Positions 50,438 to 64,000 of a stretch of 64,000 nucleotides of DNA are shown in pieces (the stretch's first letter is position 1; each line of letters opens with the position of its first letter). The position numbers were made by a program, and so were the translations under genes. Source of the DNA: Lingula anatina (Eukaryota > Animalia > Brachiopoda). The stretch is from NCBI GenBank assembly GCA_051362555.1, contig CM120640.1:28544503-28608502 (forward strand), given 5' to 3'. The notes beneath the pieces were generated by a model. It did not search any database and was not told the DNA's origin. It saw only the letters and a list, made by a program, of their open reading frames with translations.

Positions 50438-53400
50438 GTACGTATCTGTATGACAAATCTATCAATCAAAATAAATAGTTCTAGCAATTTTACAATTGCA
50501 ATCCCCGAATTTGCTCTTGCCAGGCATCATCGCTGATGCTCATAGCTGATTTTGTACATTTTCCTCTTTGTGAAAATGATTTTGAAACCTTTTTATAAAG
50601 ACCATGACACATATTAGTTTGCGATTTAGTCTGTAATTTTTAAAAAGCAAAACTGAATGTTCGATATTAAAATGTCTATCGACCAATAAGTGCATTTGAA
50701 AGACATACTGTTATTAAATAATATCAAATAGTAACAGAATCTACGTGAGCCTGTACTCTTATCCAAAATACGCTCGGTTTTGCTCGGAGTTTCCTCACAC
50801 GTAGTAATCGCGCCCTATCCTTTTTGGAGGAAAGTCACTCCAACGATCACAACCAACTGCCCAGGGTTATAAACGTAAGGTAGAATGCAGCTGCGGTAGT
50901 GTGCGCAGAACAACCAAAATGTCGCAACAAACACAATACTTTGATGCTGATCAAATACCCGAGATTTCTGTGCGTGAATTTGAAAGAGAACTGAAAAAAG
51001 TTCATTTGCTCGTGTGACGTTAGAAGACCATGAATATAATAGAAAGGAAGGCCATCACAACATACCTCATTGTTATTTAACCAACGTACTTTACGTTACG
51101 TTTTAATATCGTGTAATACAAAAACGTTCGTATTTTCGGATTTTACTCCACTCAAAAGATACGGGGATACACAAGTATATCCAAAGCAACAGAAAAAATT
51201 CTGTTGTATTTCACTGATGCCCAAATTCCTGGTGGCTGTAATCAGCTATTTAATGGTGATAGAAAAAAATTTACTTCGGTTAGCTCCGGCTGTATAAACT
51301 GTATTTTCTTATGAAGAATATACCAGGAAATTGTTGTGTGTTCTTCGGGCGAAGAGTCAATTACCAATCTTGAAGCGTTCCCTCAGTGTTTGCGCAGTTT
51401 ATCTACCACCGTTTAGCTTTAAAATGTCAGAAAATGAAGATTTGTAAGCGTCATTCGAAACTGTCTCATAAGTAATAATCAAGCAGTGCGTCAATAACAA
51501 AGGTTCAAGTCGTTTCTCACACCCGGTTAAAAAGAAAGAATTAATTGGTCTTTATTACATTTAATCGCCCCTGAAACATGAGCTCATCGTTAGATCTTGT
51601 CAGCCGTCAGAACGCGTTCAATTCTAGGCTTCATTTCCAATCTCAGGTGAGATCGATCTTTGCCTACGTTTGATGTGAATAAGACTTGAATGCAATACTG
51701 CAGATCATTAAATTACAGACTGATTTAGCATGTGCGCTGCAACCTGTAGGCTCACTTCCTCATTATGCTACAACAGGCAGATCAATGAGACCAGTTTTCA
51801 GATCAGATCAGATCAGAAAAGAAAATTTGCTGCTGTTTTTTTTCTTTGCCCTAAAAATGTGGTCAGATCAGACATAAGTGATTTATGGTCGATTTTAGAA
51901 ACCATATTGTCTAATTGAATATACACCTCCTTTTAAGTAGGAATGTCACGAGAGAGAGAGAGAGAAAGAGAGAAAGAGAGAGATTTGCACACAAAAGAAA
52001 CATCAAGTCAAGCCTATGGCAGCAAGATTGCCAGAGAATGTCTTTCATTAAGCCAGATCATATATACAAATGACTATCTGCACTATATCGACAGTTATCC
52101 CTAAATCTAATGAAGACAATCATTCAAATAGGGTCGAAGCGAGCGACAAACTAAGGAGATCAAAGATGAAGTGAAAAGGTCAGCAGTTATTATGCAAATT
52201 CTACGTTGAAAAACAGCGTCTGCCAAGAAATGATTCTGATACAAAAACAATTCATACAAATGGCCGATTAGAATCATTTCTAACTAAAAGTTTCAGTCAA
52301 GTTTTATCATGGAAATCATGCTCCAAACCTGACAATAGGTTTGGCGCTCATGTTAGATTGGACTCGATGGGGTCCATAATGAATGTTGCGTCTCGGTTTC
52401 ACATTTCTGGCGCTGGTTAACATTTAGACACTGAGCTAGTTTATGGGAAAGCAGTCAATGCATACATATTTTTCTTGCGTCGCTGCAAGTGAATGCAATC
52501 GAAGCTAATGATGCGCATCGTTTGCTAGAGTGGAAAAAGTAATACATGAATTAATGAAGAGGAAAATTACCAAGCTCTGTTCTATTATTACTGCTGTCAT
52601 TTATGGCTCGCAAGTAATAACCAGTTTGGTCAAATTCACTGCTTATATCTTTTAATGAAGTACTCGAGCGCGCATGCATTCGCACACGCAGGTGACACGA
52701 AAGATAAACAGGCAGGTAGACAGGTAGGCAGTCGGAGTGAAACGGTCGGAAAATTTACAAATAGCCGGATTGACTATACTAGATATATTATCAACTGCAA
52801 GACAGGCTGATTTGCGTCATGAAAATTAAGAAATATTGAGTTTTCTTCCGATTTTCCCTTTTATCCCCTTAAAAAATATATCCCACACCAAAATATTGGA
52901 CTCTTTTATTCCAAAAGACAAAAAATTGCTCTTTCTCTTTTTTCTTCGGTGCAATATGCATTATTTCTTTCCTAAACTCAGAACATTATGTAATAAAGAC
53001 ACCTCATATATAGACTCCTTCCTAGATCGTCCACTATTTTCTGTCATTATTTTCTATTTTTGCTGCAGTTATTTTGGTTTCAGTGTCTTTTACAAACATC
53101 TTTCAATTTTGAATATTAAATCGGATTACATGAAACATTCCATTTGATTCTCCCATCTGCATTTCATTTTATTTAGGGACATGTACTTAGCATTGTAAAA
53201 TTTCACCTTTTTTCCTTTTATTTGCCATCGTCTACTTTGCATTTATTTAATCCACGCCGTGATATTCCTATGTGTCCTCTTACAACTTACTTTTCAATTA
53301 AGATGTTAAAAACATACAATCATAACGTGCACATCATTAAATATAGTCCAGAAATTATTTAAGGTGCAAATTATCAGTCTAACAATATGTTTATTATGAG

Positions 53401-55251
53401 TTTGTGTTGACTACAAAGTATGAAATTAGAATTAATGAACAAACACCATATTTGTTATGAATCGCAGATCTAGATACATGATAGTCGCTGTTCATTAGAC
53501 TCCTTTGAATGAAATTGTTGTCCTCTCATTAAATGATGGGTTGTAGCAACGTTGACTTCACTATAGTTTCAGGACATGTAATGACAACACAACAAAACAC
53601 GAGTCAAAAATAAGTTTTATGAAACATCTCACCGTTACGAAACGTTCTCAAACTGGATAATGCTGGAGCAGCTAAATGTAAGTACCTTGAATGCGGCTAT
53701 ATATATTCCACTAAATTTGAAATTTTCGTAGGTCGATTGGAATTTAAATCCGTCTATTTAACTGCTAGTATTTGAGAGGTAGATGGCAAAATCAAACTAC
53801 ATTTTAAAAACTGTTTCATTTCTTGTATAAAAACAGTGTGGCAAATTCCCCATTGATACCTAAGAGCATGAAGTTACAATTACGATATATAGAGATCTGC
53901 CGTAGAGAGCATTGCGGCCTCTACTAAAGAGACATCCGAATACAGTGCAGTGATTTAATGCCCTAGACCATATCACTTAAACGCACTGAGCAGTAAATGA
54001 AAGAACAAATTGCTTAAATATTAATAATAATCACCATAATAAGTCCATATCAATACGACTCAAGACATACACAACCGAAGGTAGATTTGGTTTTCATATT
54101 TATCAGAGGACAATTAAGATACAGTGCCACTAAAAGTATTCTTTTTATCTTAATATCTCTCTTTTTACCTTGTCTTTATTTGTGATACTGAGGCTTTGGA
54201 CCGTGCATAACGAAAGTACTTTATCACGAAAAAGAAACGTATAACTAATTTCTTTGGTAATTTCGCAAAATTAACAAAAATATGCTTTAAAACACAAATG
54301 TCAAAATTCAAATTTTAAAATGATAGTAGTAGTACTAAGAGGAACGATATTGATGATATTATAACTATAATATAATCTTTGCAACTACTAAGTTATTGGA
54401 ATTGTTTTTTGTTTTTTTTTCTCTTCCAAAATACATGCAAAGGTCTACTCCTATTTGTATTACTGCATGAGACGGTCATAGAAAGTTCACAAGCGAAAAA
54501 TTATCCGTCCTTTGAAATAACACCTAAACAAACGACAGAACTGGCAACTAAATTATCTCACAATGACAATGAAAGAATATGACGCTAGTTTTCCATATTT
54601 CCACTTTTGTGTGAAAAAAAATTTATAAAACTGCAAATCTTAAAGTGATTAATTACAACACTCGAAGTCGTACAATAAGGGAACAAAATGCTAATTTACG
54701 CATTTAGCACCAATTACTTATTAAGTGGTCGATCTTAATAAAAACGTGTTTATTCCCATCACGTGTTTGGCCATTACCTTTTCTTTGATATATTCCACTA
54801 CTGTGAACAATTGAAAAGCAATCATTTTGCAAATGCCACCACTGTATTACTGCCGCCACTTTCAGTTTCATTTTATTGTGATTCGCGTTGGCACTTTTGT
54901 TTTTTATCCCTAAGGTTATTATTTTTTATCTAGTAATAACTGTAGTCCACATGTTACAATTTACACACACACACACACACGCACACACACACACAAACCA
55001 AGTCATGTTCAGTTTAGATCTCGAAGACCTGAAACATGCCGCGTGATTTTACTCTTCTCTAGACTCGGAAAAATTACATAACAAATTATTAGCACCCCCC
55101 TCCCCCTCCCCCCAAAATATACATATATATACACAATTAAAATTAATAAATAAATAAATAACACGAGACATGTATTTATGCCCGAACATCAGGAGGTGTT
55201 TATTTGAAATGTATATACACATTTAAAGCGATAAATAGAATATATGTAAGT

Positions 55252-58041
55252 ACCAGATGGTTTCGCCAAGAAGTTTCCATTATCAGTATTCCTTCTTTGT
55301 AGCATATCAACTACCGCCAGTGACCGGCTCTTTTCCTCGATACTGGCGTTTGAAGGCTTGTTCTAGACGGCGTGTCTCGTTTTTCCTGCGCCGTTGTGTT
55401 TCCTGGTAAAGGTGTAGACACTGGGACTAGCACCGTCTCGTGAATAGCAGCATAATACCTGTTTCACCTTCACAGCATTACACTACTATTCCCGATACCA
55501 TCTAGTCTGAAAATCTTCCTATCTAAGTGCCGAGAACTCTGTGGATTTCAATTTAAGGCGGCCCCCGTGATATTCTATCTGAAATAAGTGAAAGAGAAAA
55601 CAGTGAGACACTTTCGAATTTTTTCTGAACGTCGAGCATTATTGTAAAATCATACAATTAATAATATCCAGGTACTTACCTTTGCCATGTGATGCAATTT
55701 GCCATCCTGCTTCGGGGTGTTTATAAATGTAAACTGACGGTCATACGACATTGAATGAGACTATTTCTTGTTCTTTGTCTCTCTCTGTAATATGTCACTT
55801 GCTAAAATATGAAGCACATGAACAAGAACCACATTCATTTTATATGGCATAACCATCTAGAAGGCGAATCATACCCATACTGCCGACTGCTGATGTCTCT
55901 ATCATTAGGTTTCCATTTTGACATCTACACATATATCATAACTGAAAAGAGAATATCAAAAGCACCTGTTGCACATTTCCTCGTTTAACCTCAAACAATC
56001 TCAGATTAGATCATTGTTTGAGTATCACTTTCGGATGAAAATAAATATGAAATCAATACAATTTTATGGTTGCTTCCGCAATTGTGCGTCGTGGTCTTCC
56101 TCGAAACAACCAACAACCAAATGCTTAACACATTTAAAACCAGCTTTTAAACAATATCAGCCAACATCGATATCATAAACTATCAGTTGCGTTTGACTAA
56201 CTCTAAGTCATAGGTGGCAAGTAAAATGAACGTGTCGCCCAGCTCAGTGGCGGAGATAATCTGAACAAATGACCAACTTCTGAGTCAACCATTTGGCCAT
56301 GACATCGTCAGTCATATACCTAAATGCAACCTCATGCTTCTTTTAGTGTTAGACAAAATCTTTTCAGTTATACATCAGGCACAGTGACACGCACACATGC
56401 GAGCACAGTATTTTATAGTGCGTCAGCACACACGCACATACCAATGTACGCACGCTCATACGACAATCGGTATATGTATTGAACGTTATCGTAGTAAATG
56501 ACGAAGATAATGCAGGGTGTTTATCAAAACTGTACTTCCATATTTATACCGACTTGACTTCTTATCAATCATTCGGCGCCCAAATTTCGCTAGACTCTAG
56601 TTTTGTGCTTTATATATATATATATATATAACAGTAAAATATGACAGTAAAATAAAAAAAGTGTGCTCAATATCGAGCACTAAATCTCAAGCGCTTAGCT
56701 TCACTAACATTTTGTTAAGTTAATATGCTCTCCAATATATCAACAACAGGTTATCCGATAAAGGGAAAATGACAAACTATGGGATGAGGTAATACCGTCA
56801 ACGTGTAAAGGATTCATTAAACCTTATCCAAACATGTCACCAACCTGTTTCCTGAACGTTTCATCGTTGACACTGATGCGACCTTCACGTAGCAGCCGAG
56901 GGAAATATTCTCATACCTCAAGTCCCTGCCAGCGCTATGGCGACTGTACAACGAAACACTGGCGGACGGGGGTGGTTTACATACCGAGGGCGTTTGGGAT
57001 GTTCTATTTTTCGTCATGTTCATGATAATATTGATGAACTTTCTACATCACTGATAACACAATGAAGCCTGAAAACAAAGTGAAACAAAAATTTGCCATA
57101 CGTAAATGCGTAGTGAGAATTTAAAAAGTTGTATCTTGATTTACATTGCTTGACGGTAACAGAAGACATACCATCAAAACACAAAGTAACTCCGATAACT
57201 TAAGTACATGAACCATATAAGGCCTTACGTATAGTACATTTTTAGAAGTACAAAAGGTAGCATAATATAAGCCTGGCTGTTACGAACCTTAGAACCTTGC
57301 CCCGTTATGTTACAGTGTGGGTCTAGCCAGTGAGCATGAAGTGTCAGTCATCCGCAACTCTATGTCGAGTTATTTTCTTATGAGAAATAAATAGTAGTCT
57401 GTTGTTCTGTACCGACCTTTCATGTACATGTTACTCGCCAATTATAGTAAAAGTCCAATTGTGACTTTTAATGCGCCTGATTTTTTTCTTTTAAATAAAT
57501 TTTCAAGAGAGAAAAAAAAAACAGAAAAAGTACGATGTCAATTGTGTCGTCCCCACGCCCTTATTATTGAAGTAGTGCCGTCAAGTGAACGGCGGGCAGT
57601 AACAAAAAGTTTAACTTTTACATGGTCGTATATTGCTTATTAGGCATAACAACAAGGCCAGGATGATAATCGGAGGAGATGATAAGGGATATAATAGCAA
57701 CATCACGTCCTGACCGACAGAGGGTGATTCAACTGCGTGTGTAACTAGTATAATCCACAGGCGTTATGTTCATATTGTCATTTGACTGTAACGTGTGGAT
57801 CAGGTGATCTGCTCAATATATATCCAAACTTACCTCAATAGCTCTGGTATAAATCCGCCCATTTACACATGTGGTGTTCTTATGCAGTTCTAAGATACCA
57901 AGAAGCCTCATCCTCATCTAACCCATGCTTTCAGCTTGCATCTTATGTGGAGAGGTCTACGGACGATGACAGCCACCTGCCCCATTCGTATTCATCCTAT
58001 CTCTTTTCTCTCTTCTCACCAGTTTCTTCCTCTTTCTTCCC

Positions 58042-58092
<51 letters not shown>

Positions 58093-58880
58093 ACGCACGC
58101 AAACACACACATCCGTGAGGCACACTCAAAAGACTGTGCATCATACCACAAGGAGAACTTTATAAATGTCCCCTTGTTCAAACTAATGTCAACTAGAACA
58201 ATTTCTAAACAAGCACGTGTTCTGGGTGTTTTTCAAGTTTATGTGCACTCTTTTCTGGGGATGCGAACTCTCTTAGTGCAGCAGGAAACAAGCGCTGAAT
58301 AGCTTTAATAACCATTACCACCTAGGCAGCAAGCTCAGAAATTAAAGGGACCAGACGTTAAAAGGCAAGGAAAAGCGTTCGTCAAAAGTTAAATTGCGTC
58401 CAGTTTTTCATTTAATATACTTTACTTGGCGAATCCGGATGATCTTCATAATCATGCCTTGATTTTCCAATGGCAAAACATCCGATCCAATGTACCGGTA
58501 GAAAATCACATGCAGTGGCAGTCACATGCAGGCCTGTGTACACATGTACCTTTTAACGTGCAAGCGAACTACCTCACGTAAACGTGCGCTATCAATTACC
58601 GTCGTTGAAGCTCACATGGACACGTGCATATTCATCCATCCCTTTTAACCCCCTCCACACACACACACACAAACACACACACGCGCGCACGCACGCACGC
58701 ACGCAAACACATACACACATTCGTGATTCACATATACACATGCAAACACTTTCAAAATCAATCACGGACGTTCATTTACAAACAGATTTCAAACACTGTG
58801 CGTACTTACCAGCACGCTATGGCATAAGCAAGTTATCCACCGGCTAACTAATGATCAACAGTTTATTAATTCCACTCACC
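55252..58880 (-). ncRNA. Candidate spliced non-coding transcript or distal 5'UTR exons
   Basis: Strong minus-strand donors after 58880 (AAG|GTGAGT), 57834 (GAG|GTAAGT) and 55680 (AAG|GTAAGT). Strong acceptors before 57068 and 55578. No recognisable long ORF. Confidence 0.35.
58045..58088. repeat. (CT)n microsatellite
   Basis: Tandem repeat read directly from the sequence. Confidence 0.9.
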
Positions 58881-61800
58881 TTACGCGCCCAGACATCGCG
58901 CGTTGCTACGAGCGGAAAGTGATACTCTTCAGGCGCGATTTATGATTCAGATCAACATCTATCAGAAAATTAAATTTTCAATTAAAGCACAAGGCGATCT
59001 GAAATACGGTAACTGAAGCTGTACACACGGGTTGCGGCGTTATTTGTTAGTATACACTTGCTCCTATAGCTACGCCGAAGATAAGCGGCTGCATTTTATC
59101 GGTTTGTGCTTATGTCTTATCTTACAGTCACTTTGTATGAGAATAATGACTTGTGGAATATCATGCAAATTATGTAATATGATACAATACTTGACAACTG
59201 TGCTTTTTCTGCCGGGACCTGACAGTCCTGCTTTCTTTATACCTGCTACCACTGGCAGCTTTTCTATACCAACGTTTTTGAACGATCTTCGGTTCTAAGT
59301 AATAAATCATACATAAAAAAAGAGTGGAAGAATGGTAAAAATGGTTCACATACAGTGACGGGATTGTGGCTAACACCTGATGGTACAAAGAGCAAAGGCA
59401 GTGCATAGTGGAGGTGAAGATTTGCCGCAACACGAAGTTAACACTTTTATAAAATGATATGCCCAAGAAATGCTTTTCTCGATTTTCCTTAAAATAAGAA
59501 TGCCCATATGAACGGCAGATAGAAACATGTAGACATCACTGATACAGTTGGTCATGAATCAATCACATCACTCGGTCATTATACTTCGATCATCGGTCCT
59601 TTGTCTTCCGCTTAAAGAATTAAAAATCAGATAAATCGCATTCTGCACGTTTAGTTTTCCACAGCGAAGATCAATGGGTTTTCTCAGGTCATTCTCTTGT
59701 TTAATGTCTGGAATAAGGAACAAGTTTACAATTCTACTTTATATAAGTAGTTGTTTAAAATGTTATTCTATCCATCTCTTTGCCGCTTATCTTTTCTTTT
59801 TGTGATACGACAGTTATAAGAGATTGCGTTATTAATACGGTTGGGAGCTGCTGTCAAAATTAGAAGTTAACAAACAAACTGTGAAAAAAGCTATCAGTGC
59901 CCAGATGCCAAATACGTCTAGGATAATACCCATGTGTGAGAATAAAATAAGTAAATAAAACATAATACCACGTCCTCTACTGAAAATTGGATATAACATG
60001 TTAGTATTCGTACTGCATAAAAGGCTAGGTAACCAACTTCATGAATACCAATGCTTCTTCGTTGAGACTGCGAGACTATGGTTTGCAAACAATCGTATAT
60101 AGAAAGTTGACAGAGTGTGATACTGCCAAAATCTCTCTCTCTCTCTTTCTCAAGTCAAAAAGCTAGAGACAAACGCCATTGAATATTTTCAACACAACCA
60201 AAACCAAAACCAAGCATGTGACTCGAGTAATAACCATTTGTATGAGACGTCCACATATTCTACAATCACTACAACGTTCACATCGGTATTCCTCACCAGC
60301 AATGGTGCAAATTTTCGTCGATACTTGAAACATAAATATTCATCTACAGTATCCAATACTTACCATAGTGTTGCTCTACTCTAGCTGGAACAGTGTTCAA
60401 CATGACTTCGTGGACTTTTCTGACAGGGGTCTAGTCTGAGGCATGTATTTATACTATATCCTCCACCTACCTCCACTCTCTGTCATAAGTCCCGATTTCA
60501 AACTATGTGTAACTTACCATTTATAGACAAAAACATATTAGTGAAGCCCATCATCAAACCAACACTACCTCAAGACCCATTGGCCTCTTTTAACTCATGA
60601 AACTTGCCTGGATTCAATGGCTTCAATAGGGCCCATTAAACGCGATCACTCTCGACGCTAATTACTTATTACTGTGCCGCAGCCAAAATGAAGCCAGTCC
60701 TTTTTTAAGGTTTAACAAGTGTTGCCATGGAGACTATGATTATAGCAGGAAGAAGTCATTAGTCTTCCATGAAGGAAACTGTGCCGGCTCATGCAGTGGA
60801 CATTGCACTGACCTCATCGACCCAGCTGCACCAGGCCACACTGACCACTTGCCCCCTCTCAAGTTCTCAGACAATGGTAATCAGATAATGGTCAACCGGA
60901 TAGCCGAGCTGGCTTCATGATAGTTTTCGTGTCGTTTCCGTAAAATTGTGCATAGATACGTGTTAAAGTACGTGTGCATCAAATGTCGTTAAAAAAGAGT
61001 CAAATACACAATGAAAGTTTAAAGGAAATAACCAATTCCACGTAACGTTAAAAAGTTCGTTCTGGTTAATCTACCATACTTAGCGTATTGTAATAGTCTA
61101 CCCATTTTTCCACTGTCCGGTTCACAATGTACATATCGTAACCGCTAACAATTAAGACCAAAAGGTCTTCTAATATTAAATGTTATATAAGTTAAAAATC
61201 ATGCCAACTTTATTAAATGGGTAGAGAGAGGGGTGAGCGTGTTTATCAATGTCGATGCACACTTTTTAATCCAGCGAATTTCAATATTGTTCTTACATTA
61301 TTGATATTTAAATCATGCTATCGATTCCCTTTCCTTGAATGCCTTGTTCTTTGGCTTATAGCATGACTACCTATGGATCTTCGTATTTAGAAACGTGCAA
61401 TGTGGGCTACCCGACGACGGAGGATAAGCTATGAAAACCACGCTCGCGTTTTCCCGCCATTGCATACGTAATTTCTCGAAGGATAAAAGGACTTGACTAA
61501 CGTGCGAGTTAAGTTTACCGAAATGATAAGAAACAACCCCGAACCCGTTGTAAACAAGATTATACGCGCGTAAAAACATACCCTCGTTTGTCAAAGCCGT
61601 ATATTTAAACCGTCTCCATAGCTGCATTCAACAGTTTCGCAGGTATACCACTATTCTGAAGTCTTAAAATATTAGGTAACCAGTGCCTACATTGTAAAAT
61701 GCCCTTGGAGCTTATCTGTTGTTGTATGATATCGGTTGGATAATACCGTTTACCTTCTTGTTCCACGTCTTGCCACCATATCTAACAAAGCACGTTAAAT

Positions 61801-64000
61801 TCTGCCGAAACCTACTGCACAATTTAAAAAAGATAAGAATTTCCAGCATTGCCTATTTATGTGCAGTTATTTCATCTAGAAAATATCTTTGTTTTCAAAA
61901 TTTAGCTAAGGCAATACTCACCCACTCTAGTCCATTTTCAAGAACACGATTTCTTCCCAATTTGATCAGTGCAGTGTTATTCATTTCTATTAATTGAATC
62001 TGCGCGCAATCACAGCTTTAAGGGCACGGGTGAAGGCGACAAAAAGTACATATGCACGCTTTAAATAGCGCGCAAAAAAAGTGCAGCCGTGTCCTGTTGA
62101 TGTAATATCATATTGCCATTTTCAATATTTTATCTTTGTTCGTTTGGTTCCAGTTATCCTCTAAACGAGTACCGCCTAGCTGTTTTAACCAGCGTCTGGA
62201 CAAGCACACCAAATGACGAGAATATCATGTTGAAATCATGCAAATCGAAGTTCTAAGAAACGCAAATTACTAACGACATATATGTATTTCAAAATGGCAC
62301 AATCATTGTCAAATTAGCACCCTGTGGCAAAGTGAGACCAACATTTTCAACAGTGGCGAAGTTGTATATTATAGACTCAGGGACAAGACGACTATTAAAT
62401 TTTTTTAGTCATAAAATTGTTCTGAACTATCCCCCTGGTCATTCCAAGCTGAGCCACGTGGTGGCCTTCAGCTTCTTCCTAAACCCGTGGTTTTGCACGC
62501 TATCATATCATTTACTCAATATGAAACGTATCCACTGCCATCCTTATTAGCTTACTAGTTCTCCCACTGGGGTTGTCTGGGTTCCGGGTTCATCCTTTCT
62601 TCACAGTCCATCTGACTTACACATATCGCGCACCTATTTGATGAACGGCCGTCCATATGGTCAGCTCACTATCCGTTCAAATGACCGTTGTCCACTATGA
62701 TTGCCGTTCTAATGTCCACTCACCTATCCCACGCTAGATTATCTCCCTGTTCCCCTGGCACCTACTATTTGCCCTAAGCCTCCAAAGCCCGGCTATCACC
62801 CCGCCTATGACCCGCTATTTGCTCAGTGTTAAGGGTCCGTGTAAGCAGTTGAATCGTTCTGTGTATGCGCTCGATAATCCGCTAGAACGCTGTCAGATCA
62901 ACTCAATATTAAATAGATATAAATGAGGTGCGTTAAAGGCCGAGGGCGCGGGAATATCAGTGGGGTGCTCAAAGACATCGCGTTCTATATGTTGCCTTTG
63001 TCAAGAAAAATATGCCATGCTTTCTTATTTGGTGTTTTCCTACAAGTTGCCCATAGCGATAGAAAGAATACGATTTCATGCGGGTCTCGGGTTTTTCCCA
63101 GTAACTGAAATATGCGTTTTCTCATCAGTAAACATGTCAAAGTGTACAGGTGAGACTGCACGAAAGATAGGACATGTGTTCACTGAGCTTAGAACAAATT
63201 AGCACAATTTTTCTTTATCTTAGTATTTTTGGATCATGTCTAACTTACTATGTAGCTTTGATCGTGTTATTTGCATCCCTTTCGAGTGGTACGTAAGATA
63301 TTCCATAATCAGAATGAGATATGCTTACATTTCAAATCTTTATTTTCGATAAATAACAGATTCAGAATGGGCTCCTTAACTTTCGAATTAAAAAAGTCGA
63401 ATTGGATCTCGGTGTTATCTCATCTGCGCAACAAACGCATTTAAGAAAAATTCAGCTTCAAGAATAAGGAATTTTACACAGAACTGACAGAATGAAAAGT
63501 GCTAGAAAGTTTGTAATTCGACTTTGAACAGAAAAGTACAATGTACAATCAGACATCGGTGAAGATATCAAGGACGTGGTAGCGAGAACAAAAACTCCTA
63601 CATGTAGAAATCTGCGAAAGAGACTACTTTGCCTTTCTGTTTCATGCGCGAATTCCACCAGGCATATTATGCATACGGTAGTCTTCCATCATTATCTTAT
63701 TTCCTGAAAAATCAGGAGACTAGAACCGAATTCGATCTACGTGTTCACTCTCTGTTGTAGAGTCACAGGATTAAAAGTAACATCATGAGTGGGAACTCAA
63801 AGAATTTAATACTTGCCTGAATATCGTCCAAGTCCGGGCTATGAATTCAACTACTTCTCATAGCACGGAACACCTTCCGATTGGCACCCACGGGTCGGTT
63901 ACAGTTTCCTAGTTCGACAATTGCCCTCTACACTTCAAACGGGCGCTAAAAGCACACGTTAAAAGCCTATATCACTATGTAGTCACACATAATAAAGTTT

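Noticed and set aside
62620-62850. Loosely periodic CC(G/A)CTAT-like tract
   Set aside because: Too degenerate to define a unit or boundaries by eye.

Overview
AT-rich, intron-containing animal genomic DNA, probably an invertebrate bilaterian (deuterostome-like; taxon not provable from this window). Three protein-coding genes were reconstructed by hand, all on the minus strand. (1) A single-exon FoxD forkhead gene that runs off the window start. (2) A 14-exon CBWD/ZNG1 zinc-chaperone GTPase directly upstream of it, the same arrangement as human FOXD4-CBWD1. (3) The main finding: an intact 12-exon, ~973-aa VTC4-type polyphosphate polymerase (SPX + catalytic VTC/TTM domain + 3-TM DUF202). This family is known from fungi, protists and algae and is generally considered absent from animals. 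This copy has a degenerate inositol-pyrophosphate-binding SPX surface and an extra C-terminal, probably lumenal, beta-propeller. The window also holds a 5'-truncated LINE, a Kolobok-like long-TIR element nested in a palindromic repeat, several MITEs with clean TSDs, a probable solo LTR and a candidate spliced non-coding transcript upstream of the VTC4-like gene. All family assignments come from motif recognition; no database searches were run.
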